From positions 1 through 56,100 of the forward strand of contig JAUVIV010000003.1 in NCBI GenBank assembly GCA_030592575.1: a DNA stretch of 56,100 bases. Direction: 5' to 3'. A model generated the notes under the pieces. The model was not told the origin of the DNA. It did not search any database and saw only the letters and a list, made by a program, of their open reading frames with translations. Numbering within the stretch: the stretch's first letter is position 1; the number at the start of each line of letters is the position of its first letter. The stretch is from a bacterium. GTDB lineage: Bacteria; Hydrothermota; UBA3073; JACQXS01. The translations under genes and the position numbers were made by a program. This document shows, one piece after another, positions 27,118 through 35,699 of this stretch.

Positions 27118-28339
27118 AAATTTTATTTCCTATTCCACATCTCCTACATACTTATTTTTAAGTAACTGCTACGGCGAAGATCGTTCCGCTGCTCTTATTG
27201 CTGAAGAATTGTTGAAGATTCATACTTTAGAGTTCAGAGTAAAAGACAAGAAGCAAAAAATTAACTCTCAATTATTAGGAGCTTCTCTCATTTCGCAAGG
27301 AGAAGAGTATGAAAAAAAAGGTATTTCTCTACTTATAAAAGGTAAAATGCCTCCATCCGGAGGGTTCCCGAGAAACTTTGTGGACTTTATAAAAGATGTT
27401 GTTACAAGTTCCTATATTCCAATAAGATATTACATTGCACTCCGAAAAATTCGCAAAGAGATAATTCAAGCTATAGTTGTGGGTGATATATTTCTTCTTG
27501 TACTTGCCTGGTTCGGACTTCGGAAACGTCTTATATTTCTTGCTCCGGCAAAATCAGATTACCAAAATCCACATTATAAATTTGAATGTTGGGCAATGCG
27601 AAAAATCTGCATAAAAGTTTTTACTCACGATGAATATACTGCACAAAACTTAAAGAAAGAAAAAATACCTGCATTATTTGTAGGAAATCCTATGGTAGAT
27701 GAATTAAAGGAAACTCATAACTCACAACTCACAACTCACAACTCAAAAAATCTCATTGGAATTCTGCCTGGCTCCAGAAAAGAAGCGTATAAAAACTTCT
27801 TGAAAATTCTCGTTGTAGTTGAACAAATATCAAATAAAAAAGAAGGTATAAAATTTGTAGCGGCTATTCCATCGTCTCTTGATTTACAAAAATTAATAAC
27901 TCTATCAGAATCTAATGGATGGAAACACACAAAATCTGAAACCTGTAATTTGCAAACTATAATTAATAAAAACAAAGTTGAAGTATGTTTAGCAACTAAT
28001 TCATTTGTTACTCTAATCAATGAGTCGGATGTTATAATTGGATTATCAGGAACCGCCAATGAACAAGCAGCGTCTCTCGGTAAACCAATAGTTTCGTTTA
28101 AAGGTTGTGGTACTCAAACATCGATTACAAGAATACAAAATCAAGAAAGGTTATTAGGTGGTTGTTTGAAATTTATTTCCGATTTTCCTGAGGGTGTAGT
28201 AACTGAAGTTATAGAACTTTTGAATAATGAAGAACTACGGCAAACGAGAGGAAAAATTGGAAAAAAGAGAATGGGTCCTCCTGGAGGAGCTAAAAATATT
28301 GCACAATTTATAAATGATTTATCTTATAGACCCACGTAA
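27092..28339 (+). CDS. Lipid-A-disaccharide synthase-related (LpxB-like GT-B) protein
   Basis: FLSNCYGED, MPPSGGF, VGNPMVD, ILPGSR, GTANEQ, RMGPPG. Confidence 0.85.
   Translation: MKIEKQKSKNFISYSTSPTYLFLSNCYGEDRSAALIAEELLKIHTLEFRVKDKKQKINSQLLGASLISQGEEYEKKGISLLIKGKMPPSGGFPRNFVDFIKDVVTSSYIPIRYYIALRKIRKEIIQAIVVGDIFLLVLAWFGLRKRLIFLAPAKSDYQNPHYKFECWAMRKICIKVFTHDEYTAQNLKKEKIPALFVGNPMVDELKETHNSQLTTHNSKNLIGILPGSRKEAYKNFLKILVVVEQISNKKEGIKFVAAIPSSLDLQKLITLSESNGWKHTKSETCNLQTIINKNKVEVCLATNSFVTLINESDVIIGLSGTANEQAASLGKPIVSFKGCGTQTSITRIQNQERLLGGCLKFISDFPEGVVTEVIELLNNEELRQTRGKIGKKRMGPPGGAKNIAQFINDLSYRPT
27712..27746 (+). repeat. In-frame 7-bp tandem repeat (AACTCAC) x5
   Basis: AACTCAT AACTCAC AACTCAC AACTCAC AACTCAA; peptide THNSQLTTHNS. 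Confidence 0.85.
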
Positions 28340-29417
28340 TACTACAAAGCTGTACAACTTTGAACTGCTTTGGGCACTTAAAAACCTTGGGCTCAATTAC
28401 AAGTTCATAGGACCTATGCCGAGTAATATAGAAAATCCTCCGGTCCGTCCTTGCAATTCTTTTATGCCATTTTCCAGAGGATTATTAGGGGAAATGCCCA
28501 AACTTGCAAGTTTTGTCGGTAATATTTCTCAAACACCGGAAATTACATCGGGATGGATGAATTTTAAAAAAGTGTTAAAAAAAGAAGATATAATCCATCT
28601 GCTATGGGTTACCTCTACTTCGGCTGAATCAATTATACTACCAAAAATTAGTGGAAGTATCCGAAAGTTAGTACACACTGCACACAATATACTTCCGCAT
28701 AGGGATAGAGAAAGTGATTACCAACGATTCAAAAAAATTTATCCATCATTTGCTCATATCTTTTTGCATTCTCCTCAGACGAGAACAGAGTTTTTGCAAC
28801 TTTTTCCTAAAATAAATCACGAAAATGTATCTGTTATCTCTGTTGGCAACTATGAAAATTTTTATAAAGTTCACGATAAAACCACCGATGCTGATAAACA
28901 GAAATTTAATGAGCGTGTATTTTTATTTATGGGACCAATAAAATCATATAAAGGATTTGATGTGTTATGTGATGCAGCAAAATTACTGAAAAACAAAAAT
29001 TTCAAAATACTTTCCCATACAAATTCTTTGTGGACTCCCGAAGAAAGTTATTTTATAAAACACTCCTCTCCACTTCCTTATCAGCAACTTGGCATTTTAT
29101 ACAGGTCATCGGATGTTGTAGTAATTCCATATACAAAGATTTCTTTGGCAAATTCTTTACTTGAGGCAGCTTATTTTGCTAAGCCCGTTATTGCAAGTAA
29201 AATAGGAGCATTACAAGATATAATAAGAGATGGAAAAGAAGGGTTTCTTGTAAAACCGGGCTCTGCAAATGAACTTAAAGAAGCTATGGAAAAAATGCTG
29301 AATATGTCAGAAAAGAAACTCAAAGAAATGGGTGAATCTTTGAAACAGAGGTCAATAGAAAAATTCCCCTGGAGTCGGGTTGCAGGTCAGCTTGCTTCGG
29401 TTTACGAAAAAAGATAG
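28314..29417 (+). CDS. Glycosyltransferase family 4
   Basis: HTAHN, KGFDVL, 'LLEAAYFAKPVIASKIG..GFLVKP'. Confidence 0.9.
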   Translation: MIYLIDPRNTTKLYNFELLWALKNLGLNYKFIGPMPSNIENPPVRPCNSFMPFSRGLLGEMPKLASFVGNISQTPEITSGWMNFKKVLKKEDIIHLLWVTSTSAESIILPKISGSIRKLVHTAHNILPHRDRESDYQRFKKIYPSFAHIFLHSPQTRTEFLQLFPKINHENVSVISVGNYENFYKVHDKTTDADKQKFNERVFLFMGPIKSYKGFDVLCDAAKLLKNKNFKILSHTNSLWTPEESYFIKHSSPLPYQQLGILYRSSDVVVIPYTKISLANSLLEAAYFAKPVIASKIGALQDIIRDGKEGFLVKPGSANELKEAMEKMLNMSEKKLKEMGESLKQRSIEKFPWSRVAGQLASVYEKR

Positions 29418-29430
29418 ATGTTTTTCTTTT

Positions 29431-29726
29431 CTCTGTGTTCTCTGCCACAAAAACACTAAGGCACTAAATTTCACTAAAATTATAATATAATTTCTTTTGT
29501 AAAGTTTTGTGATTTGGTGATTCCTGCTCCTGTCAGGAACAAGCTTCGTGGCGTTTTATTTAATCATTTCTCTGTGTTCTCCGTGTTCTTTGTGGTTCAT
29601 TTTTTTTGTAGTTTAAAAGTCTTTTCATTTTATGATTCTTCTTTTCTCTGTAGTTCAAAAATATTTTATCTGTGTCATCCGCGTTATCTGCGGTTAAGAA
29701 GTTTTTCTCTGTGTTCTCTGTGGTGA
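29431..29726. repeat. Intergenic array of degenerate 8-9-bp repeats between convergent genes
   Basis: CTCTGTGTTCTC(T/C)G x3, GCCACAAAAACACTAAGGCACTAA (near reverse complement of 4628-4664), ATCTGTGTCATCCGCGTTATCTGCGGTT. Confidence 0.75.
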
Positions 29727-29755
29727 AAAAAAAGGGGTTTCAACTCTATCCCTTA

Positions 29756-31528
29756 TCAGCTTAGAGATATTTTTACCAACTTATTATACAATCCATTATT
29801 TTCAAGTAATTCGTTATGAGTGCCTTCCTCTACTATTTTCCCCTGGTCTATTACAATTATACGGTCTCGGTCACGAACAGTTGAAAGCCGATGGGCTATA
29901 ACGATTGCGGTTCTGCCTTCAAGCAACTTTTCCATAGCAGAATGGACTTTGCTTTCGCTCTCCGGGTCCAGGTGAGATGTAGCTTCATCAAATATAAGAA
30001 TGTCAGGATTTTTACAAAACGCACGAGCAATTGCAATCCGCTGACGCTCACCACCTGAAAGTGAAACTCCTCTTTCTCCTACCAGGCTATCATATTTTTG
30101 GGGAAGTCTTTCAATAAACTTATTTGCATTAGCTAATTCCGCTGCCTGATAAACTACATCAGGTTGTATGTCAGAAGCACCGTATGCAATGTTATTAAAC
30201 ACAGTATCGTCAAATAGAATGGGTTCTTGGGTAACAAGCCCCATCAAAGAATGTAAATCATCAAAAGAAATTTCTCTTATATTTACACCATCAATCTCAA
30301 TTGAACCTTGAGTTGTATCATAGAAGCGAGAAAGAAGATCTGTAAGAGTAGATTTACCGGCTCCTGATGGTCCCACAAGAGCAATGTTCTCACCTTTTTT
30401 TATACAAAATGTAACCCCAGAAATTACTTCTTGTGAAGGGATATAACTAAAGTGAATTTTGTTGAATAGAATTTCTTTTTCGAAGGATTTAAATGGAATC
30501 GGATGAGCTATTTCTTGCACAGTAGGTTTGGTATCAAGAATTCTTTTTACTCTTGCCATTGCCTGAACTCCTCGTTGAAGATATACATTTGCCTTTGGAA
30601 GTTGATTCAAAGATTGCATCATACTTATTGCACATGCCAAAAATATAAGAAATCTATCTGCAGAGAGAGTATTAGCAACAAATATCTGATATCCACCATA
30701 ACTTAAGAGAATACAGACTCCAATTGTAATTACAAGTTCTGAAGCAGGAATTCCTATAAGTCCAACTCGTTCAAATCTAATAGCTGACTTCAAATAATTA
30801 TATGTGGTTTTGCAAAATTTATTAATTTCAAATTTTTCTGTCGCAAAAGCTTTTACTATTTTTATTCCTACAATGGATTCCCCAATGTTGCTTGTGATTT
30901 TTGCCATATCTTCTTGAACCTTATCACTTTTTTCTCTGAGTTTCTTTGCAAGTTTATTGAGAAGCCAACCGAGAACCGGGAAAGTTATAATAGATACAAG
31001 AAGAAGTCTCCAGTTGAGATATAGAGCAAATCCCAAATAAGCAAGTGTGAGCAATAAGTATTTCAAAAAATTAAAAACCCCATCTTTCATTGCACCTTTG
31101 ACCATTGATATATCATTTGTCATTCTTGAAACAAGCATTCCTGACTGAGTTTGCTGAAAATAGTCCAAAGAAAGTGTGTGTAAATGAGAGTAGGTATCAT
31201 CTCTTATTTTTTTCATTACATTTTCTTCAATTGAGACTCCAAGATATTGGTGTAAATATCTAAATATACCTTTGAGTAGGAAGGCAGAGATAAGTATTAT
31301 CTGAAGTTTTATAAATGCCTGAACTTTTGAGCCCTGAAGAAACCATTTGTTAAATGTGGCTAAAAAATCATTACTCAGAGGAAATGAGTTCTCGTAAAAT
31401 ATAGCATGTAAAAATGGAGATAATAAAGAAAGTGAAAAGGTTGAAACCAAAGCAAAAAGGAACATAAAAACAATACATAATATAAGCTTATTAGTGTGAA
31501 GTTTAAGATATGGAATAAAGTTTTTCAT
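29756..31528 (-). CDS. ABC transporter, fused permease/ATPase (MsbA-like)
   Basis: TM domain plus GPSGAGKS, LSGGERQR, IFDEATS, IAHRLST. Confidence 0.93.
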   Translation of the reverse strand: MKNFIPYLKLHTNKLILCIVFMFLFALVSTFSLSLLSPFLHAIFYENSFPLSNDFLATFNKWFLQGSKVQAFIKLQIILISAFLLKGIFRYLHQYLGVSIEENVMKKIRDDTYSHLHTLSLDYFQQTQSGMLVSRMTNDISMVKGAMKDGVFNFLKYLLLTLAYLGFALYLNWRLLLVSIITFPVLGWLLNKLAKKLREKSDKVQEDMAKITSNIGESIVGIKIVKAFATEKFEINKFCKTTYNYLKSAIRFERVGLIGIPASELVITIGVCILLSYGGYQIFVANTLSADRFLIFLACAISMMQSLNQLPKANVYLQRGVQAMARVKRILDTKPTVQEIAHPIPFKSFEKEILFNKIHFSYIPSQEVISGVTFCIKKGENIALVGPSGAGKSTLTDLLSRFYDTTQGSIEIDGVNIREISFDDLHSLMGLVTQEPILFDDTVFNNIAYGASDIQPDVVYQAAELANANKFIERLPQKYDSLVGERGVSLSGGERQRIAIARAFCKNPDILIFDEATSHLDPESESKVHSAMEKLLEGRTAIVIAHRLSTVRDRDRIIVIDQGKIVEEGTHNELLENNGLYNKLVKISLS

Positions 31529-31582
31529 CTTCTTAACAATGGTTCAATTTTTGTTGAGTTTTATTACAATATAAAAAAGATT

Positions 31583-31683
31583 TGTCATTCTGAGCAGTAG
31601 CAAAGAATCTTTTTGATTCGAAATATTTTATGAAGTCTATTTTGAACAACATATTGAGATTCTTCATTTCATTTAGAATGATA
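31583..31683. repeat. Inverted pair of GTCATTCTGA-type palindromes (REPIN-like)
   Basis: TGTCATTCTGAGCAGTAGCAAAGAATCT ... GAGATTCTTCATTTCATTTAGAATGATA, immediately 3' of the tRNA. Confidence 0.75.
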
Positions 31684-31702
31684 GGTGAGTATAATTTTAA
31701 AG

Positions 31703-31776
31703 TACGCCTGAAGGGACTCGAACCCCCAACCCTTGGATTCGAAATCCAATGCTCTATCCAATTGAGCTACAGGCGC
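31703..31776 (-). tRNA. tRNA-Arg (anticodon UCG), CCA not encoded
   Basis: Cloverleaf GCGCCTG-TA-GCTC..GAGC-A-TTGGA-TTTCGAA-TCCAA..GGGGG-TTCGAGT-CCCTT-CAGGCGT-A. Confidence 0.97.
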
Positions 31777-31911
31777 ATTGATAATATCAATTTTTGAAAT
31801 CTTGATACAAGGTCTATATATTTTTAAAAGCAAGATTTTGACTCTGATTCAGAGAAAACAATAAACTAAAAATAGAACAAATTGAAATGTATAAAAATAT
31901 CTTTAACGGGT

Positions 31912-32058
31912 TCAACTTTTTTGTTCTTCTAATTTTCCCAATACATTTTTATAAGCTTCTGTTCTCAAATCATACTTTGAAGGATTATGTCTTGTAGAGT
32001 TTTTCCTCCATGACCTTTTAAATTTACGTCTTCTCCTTTGCGTCCATGTTCGCCTCAT
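31912..32058 (-). CDS. Putative 48-aa Arg/Lys-rich small protein (below the ORF-track cutoff)
   Basis: AGGGGG SD 6 nt before ATG; MRRTWTQRRRRKFKRSWRKNSTRHNPSKYDLRTEAYKNVLGKLEEQKS. Confidence 0.5.
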   Translation of the reverse strand: MRRTWTQRRRRKFKRSWRKNSTRHNPSKYDLRTEAYKNVLGKLEEQKS

Positions 32059-32080
32059 TATTTACCCCCTATAATTTTCC

Positions 32081-32117
32081 AAGCTTACTGAAATTTACTA
32101 AAAAATTCAGTAAGCTT
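32081..32117. terminator. Hairpin downstream of the FKBP gene
   Basis: AAGCTTACTGAA..TTCAGTAAGCTT, 12-bp perfect stem; U-tract weak. Confidence 0.45.
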
Positions 32118-32139
32118 TTACCTCTTAATACTCAGTAAT

Positions 32140-32574
32140 TTATTTAATTGCAAGTAATTCTATCTCAAAAATCAATGTTGCATTTGGAGGAATAAGAGCA
32201 CTAGCTCCGCGTTCTCCATATCCAAGCTCAGGTGGAATAAAAAGTTTTCGTTTGCCACCTACTTTCATAGAAATAACTCCTTTATCCCAACCACTTATAA
32301 CTTGTCCTTGCCCTAAAGTAAATTTGAATGGTACATTACGATCTTTAGAACTATCAAACTTCGTACCATCTTCAAGCCAACCGGTATAATGCACAGCTAC
32401 TCGTGACCCAATTACAGGTGAAGCTCCTGTACCGATAATAATATCCATATACTTCAATCCTGATGGCATAACAACCATTTTACCGGTTTTCTCTTTGGAG
32501 TCGCATCCAACCAATATGAATAAAAATGAAGTCATAGCGATAGAAAAAACAGCATTAAAAGTCGTCAATTTCAT
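32140..32574 (-). CDS. FKBP-type peptidyl-prolyl isomerase (lipoprotein)
   Basis: Lipobox LVGC; [39 protein letters not shown]; SD AGGAGGTG. Confidence 0.96.
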   Translation of the reverse strand: MKLTTFNAVFSIAMTSFLFILVGCDSKEKTGKMVVMPSGLKYMDIIIGTGASPVIGSRVAVHYTGWLEDGTKFDSSKDRNVPFKFTLGQGQVISGWDKGVISMKVGGKRKLFIPPELGYGERGASALIPPNATLIFEIELLAIK

Positions 32575-32820
32575 TTTAAATCACCTCCTTTTTTTGTATC
32601 ATAAATAAACTTTTTTAGAAAGTCAATATTTTTTTAAAAAACATTCCTATTTTTTAACAAGTTAAACTTCAAACTTATTGCAACAAACCCAAAAAGTTAA
32701 GAAAAAACTTGCCAAATCTGAAATTCTTAATATTATATATTTAGTGTCGGCTCGGAATGCAGTTTGTCCGAGAGTAATTGCAAAGGAATTTGACTTATCA
32801 ATTCCGGAGTATCTCGAAAT

Positions 32821-33303
32821 ATGAAAAATTGCAACACTATTCCAAAGACTTTAAATAAATTATCTTTTGTATTTTTGTTCCCTTGCATTCTTATGTACTT
32901 ATCTTCTTGTACTCTTTATAATAAAAATTACGACTGGGCAGAGAATATCCAAAAAGGTAATTATAAAATCGTATCGCTTGGCACATATCCTTATACTACA
33001 TCACAAATTAGATATGAAGCTCAGGAATTTATTAAGTTAAGAAAAGAAATAGAGAAATCAAATGAGCTTTTATCCAAGATTGTTCATCATTTTTATCCGG
33101 AGGAGGAGAATGCGGGGGATAAATCCCCACGCTACAACTTTAAGTATAAATTTGCGGCTACTGATTCTTTTGGGAATAAAATTATTTTAAGGTATTTTGC
33201 AATGAAAGTTCCTATAGATGAATTTGCCGGGTATTCAATACAGTTTATTTTTATTGATGAAAAAGTTCATGAAGCTTACTTGTTTAAGACTCCATTGGAG
33301 TAG
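32821..33303 (+). CDS. Hypothetical lipoprotein
   Basis: Hydrophobic leader ending in LSSC. Confidence 0.65.
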   Translation: MKNCNTIPKTLNKLSFVFLFPCILMYLSSCTLYNKNYDWAENIQKGNYKIVSLGTYPYTTSQIRYEAQEFIKLRKEIEKSNELLSKIVHHFYPEEENAGDKSPRYNFKYKFAATDSFGNKIILRYFAMKVPIDEFAGYSIQFIFIDEKVHEAYLFKTPLE

Positions 33304-33333
33304 AAGAGTGTTGTAAAATGAATGTATATAAAA

Positions 33334-33403
33334 TTTGGAGTGCAGTAGCTTGCTACTGCGAAATAGGTGCGAAAGATGCAAAAAGCAGCTTTTGCACTCC
33401 AAA
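33334..33403. repeat. TGGAGTGC..GCACTCCA hairpin element
   Basis: TTTGGAGTGC..GCACTCCAAA termini with inner GCAGTAGCTTGCTACTGC; related copies at 42888-43047 and 54374-54429. Confidence 0.75.
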
Positions 33404-33511
33404 GTGCACTTCAAAGAAAAAATATTGAATAAATTATGTAGGAGCAGATTCTATTTACAATAATATAAATTGCAGCTGAAAAATTGCTTTTACAAACAAA
33501 GGAGGGCAAAA

Positions 33512-35698
33512 ATGAAAGTTTTGATTTTTATGTTTTTGATTCTTGTTCCACAAGAACGAGGGATAACTTCCCATACTACGAATAGCTTGAAATCATTGGT
33601 AAGGATTTATGATATTGGCGTTAATAAATCAAGTCTTTACAAGCAATTTAGTGGATTGGATATAGCTGGACACAAACCTGGAAAGTGGATTGATGTGATT
33701 GTAACGCAGGAAGAATTGAGTAAATTAACAGGCAAGAACATAAAGGTTCTTGTTCAAGATATAGAAGAACTTGAAAAAAGTCTAAAAGACTTCTATCACA
33801 GCTATTCTGGTTTTGTTGATACATTTATGCAAATTGCTATAGATTATCCCAATATAACAAAACTTTATACCATTGGTGTTACTTGGGGAGGAAGAGATAT
33901 ACTTGCTATGAAGATTTCAGATAATGTAGAAGTGGACGAAGATGAGGCAGAGCTTGTTTTTATGGGGCTACATCATGCTCGAGAATGGCCATCTCTTGAG
34001 ATACCTCTATTTTTCGCCGATACACTTACTCGGGCCTATGGCAACGATTCCCATATTACAAATTTAATAAACGAAAGAGAGATATGGCTAATTCCTTGTG
34101 TAAATCCTGATGGTTATGTATATTGTCATGATGAAGGAAATGACTGGAGAAAGAACCGCAGACCTTTACCGGGTGGATATTGTGGAGTGGATCCAAATCG
34201 TAACTATGATGGTAGTTGTGATGGTAATCCTTGGGGTGCATGGGGAGGAGTATTTGCATGGCCAACAACTCATTTTCCTTTATATGAAATTTATTGCGGT
34301 CCTTTGCCTTTTTCAGAGGCAGAAACCCAAGCTGTAAGGGACTTTGTTATAGCTCATAATTTTACTTTTTGTGTATCTTATCATACTTATTCAGAATTGG
34401 TTTTATGGCCATGGGGGTACACTTATCAAGGAATTCCTGATTCTGTTTTAATTGCACAAGTTGGAGAAAATATGGCGAGTCGAATAGGATGTCAGGGAAG
34501 CGGAACTTATGATGCATTTCAGGCATCGGGATTATATCCGACTACAGGAACTACTGATGACTGGGTTTATGGGCACGGACTTTTTGTTGAAGAGAAAAAT
34601 ACACTTGCATATACTGTAGAAGCTTGCAGTTCATTCCATCCGGGAGCAAATGAGTTGAATCAAGTGATAAGAGAAAACTTTGATGGAGCAATTTATTTGT
34701 GTGATATTGCCGACTCAATAAAGAATTTGTTAGTCCCAAGAATTATTCCTCCTGTTATTGGGCAACTTGATACAAGTTTTGGGAATTATGAAATAACTTG
34801 GAGCCAAAAAGATGCGGATAAATATGCTCTTCAAAAATTTCAAGGATTTTCAGCAATTTGCGATAGTGTTGAGGAAGTATCTGATTTATGGATTCTTGAT
34901 GGATTTACAAGGAGTAATATAAAAGCACATAGTGGTTCGTATAGTTATTTTTCAGGAGATTCTAATAGTATGGTTACATCAATGACAACTCGCTATCCTT
35001 TGCCTCAAACGGATTCTCTCGTTTTTTGGGTAGAATATACTCTTCAGAGTGAGTATGATTATACTTTTGTAGAAGTATCTTCTACCGGAAAAGAATGGAA
35101 AATACTTGATTCATTTAATGGGACATCAGGTGGATGGAAAAGAAAGGCTTATCAATTTCCATCATCTAAATCTTTATTTGTTAGATTTAGATATGTAACT
35201 GATTACGAATCAATATATGAGGGTTTTTATGTTGATGATATTTATCCTGTAGCGAGTTTTGATTCAATAATTACTATTTCTGAGGATATAACGGACACAT
35301 TTTATTTGACAACAGATAATTTAGAAGGTATTCATTGGTACTGTGTAAAAGGACATAATTTACGGGGCTGGGGTGATTTTAGCGAGCTTGAAGATGTAGT
35401 GATTAAGGAGTCTGGAGTAAATGAAACTGATTTTGTTAAACCGTTTATAATTGTTAATTCGGAGAATCTTTTCTCAAGAATGATAAAGATAAAATATAAT
35501 CTTCCTGTAGGATATTCCGGAAGTTTGAAGATTTATGATTCTGTCGGAAGGTCTATTTACACATTCCCGATTTCTAACTTTCGAACCCCGCTCAACGAAG
35601 TAGTTTGGGATGCTAAAGGTTTTGCCGCTGGAATTTATTTTGTTGTTTTTGATACCAAGGGTTTTAAGAAAAGCCTAAAAATAACTTTAATTCATTAG
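33512..35698 (+). CDS. M14 zinc carboxypeptidase (carboxypeptidase T-like) with an InhA/MAM-like beta domain and CTD
   Basis: HHARE, NPDGY, WRKNR, NRN, SYHTY, YTVE; CTD 'LKIYDSVGR..GIYFV'; SD GGAGG. Confidence 0.92.
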   Translation: MKVLIFMFLILVPQERGITSHTTNSLKSLVRIYDIGVNKSSLYKQFSGLDIAGHKPGKWIDVIVTQEELSKLTGKNIKVLVQDIEELEKSLKDFYHSYSGFVDTFMQIAIDYPNITKLYTIGVTWGGRDILAMKISDNVEVDEDEAELVFMGLHHAREWPSLEIPLFFADTLTRAYGNDSHITNLINEREIWLIPCVNPDGYVYCHDEGNDWRKNRRPLPGGYCGVDPNRNYDGSCDGNPWGAWGGVFAWPTTHFPLYEIYCGPLPFSEAETQAVRDFVIAHNFTFCVSYHTYSELVLWPWGYTYQGIPDSVLIAQVGENMASRIGCQGSGTYDAFQASGLYPTTGTTDDWVYGHGLFVEEKNTLAYTVEACSSFHPGANELNQVIRENFDGAIYLCDIADSIKNLLVPRIIPPVIGQLDTSFGNYEITWSQKDADKYALQKFQGFSAICDSVEEVSDLWILDGFTRSNIKAHSGSYSYFSGDSNSMVTSMTTRYPLPQTDSLVFWVEYTLQSEYDYTFVEVSSTGKEWKILDSFNGTSGGWKRKAYQFPSSKSLFVRFRYVTDYESIYEGFYVDDIYPVASFDSIITISEDITDTFYLTTDNLEGIHWYCVKGHNLRGWGDFSELEDVVIKESGVNETDFVKPFIIVNSENLFSRMIKIKYNLPVGYSGSLKIYDSVGRSIYTFPISNFRTPLNEVVWDAKGFAAGIYFVVFDTKGFKKSLKITLIH

Positions 35699-35699
35699 A

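Noticed and set aside
29514-29726. 70-aa Phe/Ser-rich ORF
   Set aside because: Translation of the 9-mer repeat array.
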